The notes under the pieces were generated by a model. It was given only the letters and a program-made list of their open reading frames with translations. It was not told where the DNA came from and did not search any database. 54,876 nt of DNA from a virus (Duplodnaviria > Caudoviricetes), in the IMG/VR virus record IMGVR_UViG_3300020122_000144, positions 1-54,876 of that record, one strand, 5' to 3'. Within the stretch, counting starts at the first letter, position 1; each line of letters starts with the position of its first letter. Below are positions 48,041 through 54,876 of the stretch, in pieces. Position numbers and translations under genes: made by a program.

Positions 48041-48445
48041 TCACGTCTCCGATCGTTTCAGGTTCAGAGTCCACCCACGCGGCGCGACGATGCCCGCAGG
48101 CAGCGCGCGCGAGTACTCGGCTACGTCGCGAGCCCACGCGCCCATCAGCGCCTTGGCGGTGCCCTGCCGTCGCCCTGCCGAGCGGACGTAGACGTAGTGC
48201 ACGCAGTCGTCCTCAGTCGCAGCCCAGCCGAGGATGGAGTCGGGCTCGCCGGGGACGTGGGCCACGAGCAGCATCGACCCAGGCCTCGCGAGCAGCGCGC
48301 GGACGTGGGCCGTCGCGGTGCGCATGCGCTCGCCGCGGTGGCCGTGCTTGGTCCAGGAGTCGACGACGAACGCGAGGTCATCGGGCTTGCCGAGACGCAC
48401 GGGCGTCGTGCGCATGCCGCGACTGAGGGTAGCGGCGGCGGTCAC
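48041..48445 (-). CDS. GNAT-family acetyltransferase
   Basis: YVYVRSAGRRQGTAKALM acetyl-CoA-binding motif A. Confidence 0.75.
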   Translation of the reverse strand: MTAAATLSRGMRTTPVRLGKPDDLAFVVDSWTKHGHRGERMRTATAHVRALLARPGSMLLVAHVPGEPDSILGWAATEDDCVHYVYVRSAGRRQGTAKALMGAWARDVAEYSRALPAGIVAPRGWTLNLKRSET

Positions 48446-48915
48446 TTCTCGCCCGCCTTCCCCGCCGCGAGGATCACGCGGATGGCTTCGAGCTGCTCGT
48501 CGCTGAGGCCGGAGAGGTCCGACTCGACCTTGACGGTGGACGCCGCCGGAGCTGCCGCGCCCGACTTCGTGAGCCAGGTGTCCACGGCGCGGATGGCGAC
48601 GGCGAGGTGACCCGCGGTGTTGCCCTTCGCGTCGGCGGAGTGCTCGGCCTCGTCGGCGATGCGCTCGAGCATCGCGAAGCCCTTGGCCCGGATGCGGTCG
48701 TGGTCGGCCGCGAGCTCGGCGGCGATCTTCTTCTGCGCCAGTGTGCTCAGCTCCGCGACGCGGTGTTCGCTGAGATCCCACTTCTCGCGAAACGCCCGCA
48801 ACGTGACGCCGTGCTTGAACGACCCATCGCGGATCGTCGCGGCGATGGCTTCGGTCCGCTCTTCGGTCTGCGCGTGCGGACCGTAAGGCTTCTTCGGCTG
48901 CTTCAGGGCCGGCAT
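48442..48915 (-). CDS. terS: Terminase small subunit (putative)
   Basis: First late gene; HTH-like N-terminus, helical core, DLSGLSDEQL tail. Confidence 0.6.
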   Translation of the reverse strand: MPALKQPKKPYGPHAQTEERTEAIAATIRDGSFKHGVTLRAFREKWDLSEHRVAELSTLAQKKIAAELAADHDRIRAKGFAMLERIADEAEHSADAKGNTAGHLAVAIRAVDTWLTKSGAAAPAASTVKVESDLSGLSDEQLEAIRVILAAGKAGEK

Positions 48916-48918
48916 CAG

Positions 48919-48988
48919 TGGCTCAACATGTGCCAGAAGTGGCACAGTCTGTCAATGGCTCAATGCGGCACACGTCCGTGGCACACGT
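48919..48988 (-). promoter_or_regulatory. Candidate late promoter/operator or pac region
   Basis: Minus-strand TTGACA (48950-48955); palindrome TGTGCCA-N4-TGGCACA (48929-48946); GGCACACGT twice. Confidence 0.55.
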
Positions 48989-49022
48989 TGCCTGCGTCAG
49001 CGCGCCTGCGTACCGTGGCGTC

Positions 49023-49463
49023 GTGCGCTGGCTGTTCCTCGTCGCCCTGCTGCCCTCCTGCGCGTTCGGCTCGTCGCCGGTCGTCCTGGACTGGCGCGGA
49101 GCTCCGGAGCGCCTAGGGATGGCTCAGGCGGCCGCGGCGGAGTGGTCTGGGGTCTGCGGCGGCGACATCGTGGTGACCCAGGGCGTCGGCGCGCCGGTCA
49201 ACGAGGTCCCCGCGGCGTTCTTCGCCGATGGGGCGGTAGCGGACGGCATCACCCACACCGCCCACGACCGTCAGCACGAGGTCACGTCGATGACCGTCCG
49301 CGTCTTCTGGGACGAATCCGACGTCATCCGCCACGAGATGGGCCACGCGCTCGGCTACGTCCACGTGCCTCGGGGCATCATGGCGACCAGCGCCGTGGCC
49401 CGCGGCGGGGTGGGACATGTGGTGGCGGGTGACTGCGAGGGGCCGCGGGCGTGGGCGCGGTGA
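49023..49463 (+). CDS. Lipoprotein zinc metallopeptidase (metzincin/matrixin-like)
   Basis: Signal RWLFLVALLPSC; HEMGHALGYVH plus Met-turn GIM. Confidence 0.8.
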   Translation: MRWLFLVALLPSCAFGSSPVVLDWRGAPERLGMAQAAAAEWSGVCGGDIVVTQGVGAPVNEVPAAFFADGAVADGITHTAHDRQHEVTSMTVRVFWDESDVIRHEMGHALGYVHVPRGIMATSAVARGGVGHVVAGDCEGPRAWAR

Positions 49464-49477
49464 CGTTATGGGACAAG

Positions 49478-49800
49478 CACAATGTGGGCCAGCCGCCGCG
49501 AACCATTTTGCTGCACAACATCAGTTTTGGCACGCAATCCCCCAGGCCTGATTCCCGGCACTTGGCGTCGCGCTGCACAACCTGACACACCTTCACGATG
49601 CCTTTTACTTAACGGGTGGATCGCGTGCGGGCGCATCGCGCGTGAGTAGGCGCGCTCACGCGCTCGCCACCATCTCCCCTGCTCTTCCTATTCTTACGTA
49701 TTAAGGAATGTTGTGTAGGTTGTGTAGGTTGTGTCTGACCTAGAAAAACCGAGGTCGCGTCCTGCACGACTTGCACACTGCACGCTTTTCAGGTCGTGCA
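49478..49800. repeat. Non-coding region with iteron-like repeats; candidate replication origin
   Basis: GTTGTGTAG twice plus GTTGTGTCT (49710-49736), opposed to GCACAAC at 49513 and 49575; AT-rich patches; directly after the primase-helicase. Confidence 0.55.
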
Positions 49801-52029
49801 CCCTGGGATCTGGCCACGCGGGTAGTGAACGCGGACGCGGACGCCGCTGCGCGTCTCCTGCCTCGACCACCACCCGAGCCGCCGCATGGCCTTGCCGGCC
49901 CTGGTAGCCTCGCCACGGTCCGCGCGGCCCAAGTCCACCCCAAGGGAGCCGACGAGCACCTCCGCGATTGTGACGCCCGTGGTGCGCCTGGACGGGTCGG
50001 CGAGGTAATCCGCCATTCGTACCACCCACGTATTCTCAACCATGTGGTCTTCGGCAGCGTCCTCGCGGGCAGCGTCCTCGCCAGCCGTCAGCCACCACAC
50101 TTCACCGGCCTTCAGCGCGGCGACCGCCTCCGCCCATAACTGGTCGCGCCACTGGGCCAGGAGCGCCACGTCGACGAGGCTATTGACGTGCACGGGCCAA
50201 AAGCGCCGGCTGCCCGTCTCGTCGTCGATGAAGGCCTTGTTCGTCGTGCCGACGATGACCGAGCTCCGGGGTTGAATCAGCACGCCGCGCCCGAACGGCG
50301 GCCGTACGGAGTCCCTGGCACTGGTCAGGAACGCCTTGACGTCGCTGGAGCTGGTCTTGATCGTGACGCGCTCGATCTCCGCCCACTCGTGCAGCCACGC
50401 CGCATGGATCTGCAAGATGCCGTCCTTGTTGCGGATGTCGACATAGGTGTCCGAGAACCACTCGCCGCCGAGGACGGAGAAGAACGTGGACTTGCGGTAG
50501 CCTTGCTCGCCGACCAGCACGAGCGTCGTGTCGACCTTGCACCCGGGCGCCAAAGCGCGCGCTGCGGCGGAGATGAACCAACAACGCAGCATCCGTTGCG
50601 TGAGCGCATCGTCCGCCGAACCGCCGAGGACTTCGGCAGTCACGCGGGCGATCCTCGCCTCGCCATCCCACGTCAGCCCACCGAGGTAATCTTGGAGTGG
50701 GTGGAAGCTGCGCTCCGATGCGATGAGCAGGATCGCCTGAATGACCGCCTCGTTCGCTGGGGAGAACCCCCACCGACGCTCGATGTCCTCGCGAATGCGC
50801 GCGACGTCAGCGTCTTCGAGAGGACGATCTCCACCACGGTCACGGATGAACGGAGCGATCCGCATCCGGTTGTAGGACAGCCGGCCCTTGAACCCCTCCT
50901 CGTGCCGCAGAATCAGGCACACGTTGCCGAACGTGCTCTTGATGCCGCCCTGCTGCCCCCTAGTGAGCTCCGACATCCACGCGTCGTCGGTTGCCGCGGG
51001 GACCTCGACGGCGGCTTCTGGGGGCCGGCCAGGAGGCACGGTGCGGGGACTCGACGGCGGCGGCACACGAGTCTTGCCCGAACTGCGCACGTGGCGTTCC
51101 GCCTTGCGCAACACCTCGTCTACCTCGCCCCGGGGGAGGCCGCAGGACGTGCCGGCGATGCGGAGTTCGTCGAGCGCGCGATCAAACGCGATACCAGCGC
51201 CCGCGCAGTACTCCAGCACCGTGCATGTCTTTGAGAAAAGAACGCCGTTTCTTTCGCCCTTTCCGCGTCCGGAAATGTCCGCAGCCGCGTTCTCGATGAC
51301 CTTCGCCACGTAGTGATCGTTGAGGTTCACGACGGGGCGCGCGGCCCGCGTCTTCGTGACGGGCTCAGGGACGGGAGCGGCGTCCGCGATGGCGTCGTAC
51401 CAGCGCTGAGGCAGCTCGGCGATCGGAGCCATGACCGCCCACGAGTAGCGCTCGCCAGAGGCGTGGAGCGATGGGCAGACGACGATCTGACCGCCGGCCA
51501 CCTTCACGTCGACGCCCGGGGTGGGCTTCTCGCCCTCGAGCCGGACGCCCGTGCGGTTCTTCATCCGCTTCGGATCTTGGCCCATGCCGAGCGAGTACAC
51601 GCGGTGGTTGTTGCCGCCGCCGGAGCGAGCGGTCAACGTCACGGGCAGCGGGCCCAGGGCGGCCTCGAGCGCCGCCATGCGCGCGGCGTCGTCGGCATCG
51701 ACGGCGAGGACGTAATCGCCGTTCGGCTGCTCCCCCATGGCAATGCCGAGGTTCGCCGGGTCGGGCGCACCACGCGCGTCGAGCGCGTCGCGGAATGCCT
51801 CAACGGTCTCGTACTTCTGCTTCTGCCACGCGGTTGCCGAGGGGTGCTTCCCCGGTTTCTCGCGACGGCACGTGGTGCCCGGTTTTCCACAGGTACACGA
51901 GCCGTCGTCGCGGATGCCGTGCACGATGACCACACGGAGGCCGTGCTCAATGTAGAGCGCAGCGGCGTCGCGGGTCGCGGTGGTGACGGTGGGAAGCCAG
52001 CTGCTCTCTGTATCGGCCGCCTGCATCAC
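49789..52029 (-). CDS. Bifunctional primase-polymerase fused to a VirE/VapE-type helicase
   Basis: CTCG..C..PGKHP, D-x-D and PS.H.SG..Y; GEQGYRKST, GTTN and DETGSRRF. Confidence 0.92.
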   Translation of the reverse strand: MMQAADTESSWLPTVTTATRDAAALYIEHGLRVVIVHGIRDDGSCTCGKPGTTCRREKPGKHPSATAWQKQKYETVEAFRDALDARGAPDPANLGIAMGEQPNGDYVLAVDADDAARMAALEAALGPLPVTLTARSGGGNNHRVYSLGMGQDPKRMKNRTGVRLEGEKPTPGVDVKVAGGQIVVCPSLHASGERYSWAVMAPIAELPQRWYDAIADAAPVPEPVTKTRAARPVVNLNDHYVAKVIENAAADISGRGKGERNGVLFSKTCTVLEYCAGAGIAFDRALDELRIAGTSCGLPRGEVDEVLRKAERHVRSSGKTRVPPPSSPRTVPPGRPPEAAVEVPAATDDAWMSELTRGQQGGIKSTFGNVCLILRHEEGFKGRLSYNRMRIAPFIRDRGGDRPLEDADVARIREDIERRWGFSPANEAVIQAILLIASERSFHPLQDYLGGLTWDGEARIARVTAEVLGGSADDALTQRMLRCWFISAAARALAPGCKVDTTLVLVGEQGYRKSTFFSVLGGEWFSDTYVDIRNKDGILQIHAAWLHEWAEIERVTIKTSSSDVKAFLTSARDSVRPPFGRGVLIQPRSSVIVGTTNKAFIDDETGSRRFWPVHVNSLVDVALLAQWRDQLWAEAVAALKAGEVWWLTAGEDAAREDAAEDHMVENTWVVRMADYLADPSRRTTGVTIAEVLVGSLGVDLGRADRGEATRAGKAMRRLGWWSRQETRSGVRVRVHYPRGQIPGCTT

Positions 52030-52421
52030 GTGAATTTCCTAACGCGAACCAGCGCCGCCCGCGCCTCATCGACCGAGTGCACCGTGTCGACGATGGCCCC
52101 GAAGCGCCGCCAGATGTGATGGCAGTGCTGTTGTTCGTCGGTGGCCTCGAAGCCTGGACACTTCACCTCCATGCAGAGCCAAATGCCAAAGGTCTGCGGC
52201 GGCTCGTGATCGTCACCCCGCACGCGCATACGGAGGATGCCCACGAGGTCGGGGGAGCCGATGCCTAAGCCGTACGGCACGTGGTAGACGCTGCCGTCAT
52301 CGGTCGCGTACTGCGCCTTGCCCACCGAGTTGCGGAGCAAAAGGAAGTCCGACTCCGCGCCCAGCGCCGCCTCGATGTCGGCTTGGATCTTCTTCTCGAG
52401 CACGGGTCGTTGCTTGCTCAC
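52026..52421 (-). CDS. VRR-NUC-like PD-(D/E)xK nuclease
   Basis: E..IQ, GSPDL...EVK.PG...T.EQ. Confidence 0.8.
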   Translation of the reverse strand: MSKQRPVLEKKIQADIEAALGAESDFLLLRNSVGKAQYATDDGSVYHVPYGLGIGSPDLVGILRMRVRGDDHEPPQTFGIWLCMEVKCPGFEATDEQQHCHHIWRRFGAIVDTVHSVDEARAALVRVRKFT

Positions 52422-53728
52422 GCTGCCACCTTCCTCTTCCGGGACTTCTCGAACAAATAGACGGCGACCTTCATCACCCTTGCCTCGTCGGCGCTTGCGT
52501 ACTTGGGGCTGCGACGGAGCCTTTGGGCCAGCGCGAACACCGCGCGCCGATCCCGCTCCGCTTGCGGCACATCGTTGAGCCGCTCGAGCTTCTCGGCGCG
52601 CTTCAGTACCCGCGGAATACGATCCTGCACGGTCGCGGCCGCCCCACACCGCGGGCAGCGCGCACGCGCGCGGAACACGGCTAAGCACTCACGGCACCGG
52701 CGCAGCGCGGTCATGGTCTCGGTCCGGAGGCACGCCGCGCCTTCTAGTTGCCACGTGCGGTCTTCGTCAGGGAGTCCGAGCACGAGCGTCGAGCCGCGGA
52801 GGTCGATGACGGTGGCTCGGGTCTTCCCCGCCATGGTCCGCAGCACGCGCCCCACCATCTGCAGCAGCGTCCCGACGTGCTCGGGAGAGCGGGCGAGGAT
52901 GCATACGTCCGCGCGGTCGCACGACCAGCCCTCCGTGAGTACGAAGCAGTTGGTGATGACGTCGAGCGCGCCGGCCTCGAACGCTTGGAGGGTCGCGTCT
53001 CTCGTCTTCGCCGCTGTCTTCCCGTCGACGCACGCAGCGCGGATGCCGGCGGCGTTGAACTCCTCAGCGAGCACCCGTGCGTGGGCGACGGACGCGCAGA
53101 AGACGACCGCGGCGCGTCCCGGCGTGTGCTGCTGGTAGGCGGCGACCGGGTGCATCGATAGCGCCGCGGTCGGCTCGTTCGTGTACGCGAGCACCTCGGA
53201 CGGCACGAGCAATCCCGCGTCCGTGAGCTGGCGCACGGTGGCGCCCACGACCATTGCCTCGAACATGTCGCCGAGGGGCTTCTGGTCGGCGCGGATCGGC
53301 GTGGCCGTGGCACCGATGTGGATGGCGTGGAGATAGTGAGCGTGGACCGTCCGAAACGACGCCGCCGGGCAGTGGTGCGCCTCGTCCCAGACCACGAGCG
53401 TGGCGTCGGGGCGCGTGCCGCGGGAGATGAGCGTCTGGAGCGACGCGACGACGACGCGGGCCGTGGAGGACGTGTTGACGTCCACGTCTGCGAGGCCGCT
53501 CGCGCGGAGCCGCTCGACGGTCTGGCGCACGAGCTCGCGGCGGTGAACGACGACGAGGACGCGGTGAGCGGGGGAGATGTCGAGGTGCCCGCGGGTGATG
53601 GCGACGATGACGATCGTCTTGCCGAATCCCGTGGGCGCGCAGAGGAGGACCCTGCGTTTGCCGACAGCGACCAGCGCGCGGAGGTCGGCGATGGCTTGGG
53701 CCTGGAAGGGGCGAAGGGTGTAGTTCAC
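52418..53728 (-). CDS. SF2 DEAH helicase with C-terminal Zn ribbon
   Basis: PTGFGKT, DEAHH, TATP, QMVGRVLR, CxxC...CxxC. Confidence 0.93.
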   Translation of the reverse strand: MNYTLRPFQAQAIADLRALVAVGKRRVLLCAPTGFGKTIVIVAITRGHLDISPAHRVLVVVHRRELVRQTVERLRASGLADVDVNTSSTARVVVASLQTLISRGTRPDATLVVWDEAHHCPAASFRTVHAHYLHAIHIGATATPIRADQKPLGDMFEAMVVGATVRQLTDAGLLVPSEVLAYTNEPTAALSMHPVAAYQQHTPGRAAVVFCASVAHARVLAEEFNAAGIRAACVDGKTAAKTRDATLQAFEAGALDVITNCFVLTEGWSCDRADVCILARSPEHVGTLLQMVGRVLRTMAGKTRATVIDLRGSTLVLGLPDEDRTWQLEGAACLRTETMTALRRCRECLAVFRARARCPRCGAAATVQDRIPRVLKRAEKLERLNDVPQAERDRRAVFALAQRLRRSPKYASADEARVMKVAVYLFEKSRKRKVAA

Positions 53729-54204
53729 GGCGTCCACCGCCACTGGTCGAAGCCGTGGAGTCCATAGCCGAACACCGAAAGCATCAGGTCTTTGGGATAC
53801 GTGGCCGTTGTCCCCTCGAACGTCAGCCGCGGACTCAGGCCGAGCACGACGGCTTTACCCAGGACGTGCTCCGCGAACCAAACGCAGCCGATCGACGCGG
53901 GCGTGAGCATCAAGATCAGCCCGTGACGCTTCGCCGACTCGGCTGCGCACTTCTCCGCCCACGGGTCGATGTCGCCGAACGGCGGATTGAGCCAGAGGAC
54001 GCCATCTGGCCGGTCCTCCGCCCACGGCTGCGCGAGAGAGTTGACCCCCTCGTCGAAGTAGTAACCCCATCCTGCTTTCGCGTTGCCGGTCGTGCATGCG
54101 AGGTCGCACGCGAACGCGCCGAAGCGAACCACGCATGCGTCGATGAACGCTTGCGGCGTGCCGTAATCCTGCTTCGACTTGCCTGGCTTCTGTGCGGGCT
54201 CCAT
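53725..54204 (-). CDS. Phage DNA N6-adenine methyltransferase (Dam-like)
   Basis: TP...D.AC, W.NPPF motif, RL.F. Confidence 0.85.
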   Translation of the reverse strand: MEPAQKPGKSKQDYGTPQAFIDACVVRFGAFACDLACTTGNAKAGWGYYFDEGVNSLAQPWAEDRPDGVLWLNPPFGDIDPWAEKCAAESAKRHGLILMLTPASIGCVWFAEHVLGKAVVLGLSPRLTFEGTTATYPKDLMLSVFGYGLHGFDQWRWTP

Positions 54205-54405
54205 CTACTCCGCCCCCGTCAGCGGCAGCGTCGGCTCAGAGTCCTCGGCGACGACCTCACGAGCCCCGACGCAGATGGGCAAGCGGTCGCCGTCGAGCAG
54301 GATGTAGAGCGGGTCACCGGCGCGCACGACGCGACCACGGGCGCCGCGGAAGGAGGACCAGTGCGCGTAGACGTGGACGCGGTCGTTGACGTAGAGGGGA
54401 GTCAC
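54205..54405 (-). CDS. Small hypothetical protein
   Basis: 66-aa coupled ORF. Confidence 0.6.
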   Translation of the reverse strand: MTPLYVNDRVHVYAHWSSFRGARGRVVRAGDPLYILLDGDRLPICVGAREVVAEDSEPTLPLTGAE

Positions 54406-54701
54406 GGCTTTGCCTTCGTGTCTTTGATGGCGACCGCGTACAGCGCGATCATTTTTGCGAGCAGGATTCTTCCGCCGCGCGACATGCCCTCAAAATCGCG
54501 CATGGCGTCGTCGACAAACTCCAGGGGCCACACATCGAGAGGAAAGCGGTCCTTCATTCCGTGACATGTTCGACAGGCCGTAACGACGTCGACCCCTCCG
54601 GCCTCCTGCGGAACTGGCATGTGGTCCATCTCCACGTCGTTCTTGGCGACGAGCGCGCGGCAGTAGAAGCAATGGGCGTGCTCTTTGCGCGGCTTGCTCA
54701 C
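54402..54701 (-). CDS. Small HNH endonuclease
   Basis: CFYC...DH.PVP...GG...ACRTCH..K. Confidence 0.8.
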   Translation of the reverse strand: MSKPRKEHAHCFYCRALVAKNDVEMDHMPVPQEAGGVDVVTACRTCHGMKDRFPLDVWPLEFVDDAMRDFEGMSRGGRILLAKMIALYAVAIKDTKAKP

Positions 54702-54749
54702 CGCTTCACCGCCAGCGCCTTGATGGCGAGGTACACGACGAGGTCGGCC

Positions 54750-54876
54750 AGTTCCTCGGCGGCCTCCTTCGTCCAGTCGCGACGGTCCGTGGCGATGTCG
54801 AGCGTCCCGTACTGCTGACGCCCGAGGACGAGGCGTTGCGTGATGTGAAGGATGACGGCGTGTTCGTCGGGGCCGA
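54750..54876. repeat. Terminal direct repeat, copy 2
   Basis: Identical to 1-127. Confidence 0.97.

Larger units (their letters stand above)
1..54876. mobile_element. Complete temperate phage genome (podovirus-type virion), excised/circular form
   Basis: Terminase, portal, capsid, nozzle, ejection, lysis, replication, cI/cro and integrase genes; intact attP; terminal redundancy. Confidence 0.95.

Noticed and set aside
48979-48991. Sigma-54 promoter TGGCAC...TTGC
   Set aside because: The spacer is 3 nt rather than the required 5.
54750-54876. 127-bp terminal repeat as a physical virion end
   Set aside because: It falls mid-gene and 127 is a common assembler k-mer, so it is most likely a circular-assembly overlap.

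Overview
This window is an apparently complete, circularly permuted genome of a GC-rich temperate tailed phage with a podovirus-type virion. Bases 1-127 repeat 54750-54876 and an ORF reads through the join, giving a unit length of about 54,749 bp. The layout is lambdoid. A cro/cI switch at about 2.6-3.8 kb carries two matching 32-bp palindromic operator-promoters. The rightward early operon (3.86-18.3 kb) encodes an exonuclease, a Sak4-like ATPase, an SSB, xis, a tyrosine integrase with a tRNA-Phe attP inside its own 3' end, a QueC plus TGT/DpdA-like pair and many small ORFs. The leftward arm runs through the join into a Dam-like methylase, helicase, nuclease and primase-VirE, then packaging, head, short-tail, ejection, fibre and lysis genes. 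The att-in-int arrangement resembles Myxococcus phage Mx8, so a Myxococcota-like host is plausible, but that is inference only. The most interesting unexplained signals are: (1) a roughly 100-nt three-way-junction RNA leader present twice, each time burying the Shine-Dalgarno site of a virion gene, with two further SD-burying leaders; (2) a minimal QueC + TGT-fold 7-deazaguanine module; (3) a portal-like peptide inside an early protein; (4) an ejection protein with a reordered S74 chaperone motif; (5) a 60-nt tRNA-like element. All calls come from reading motifs by eye. No searches or folding programs were run, and start codons are best guesses.
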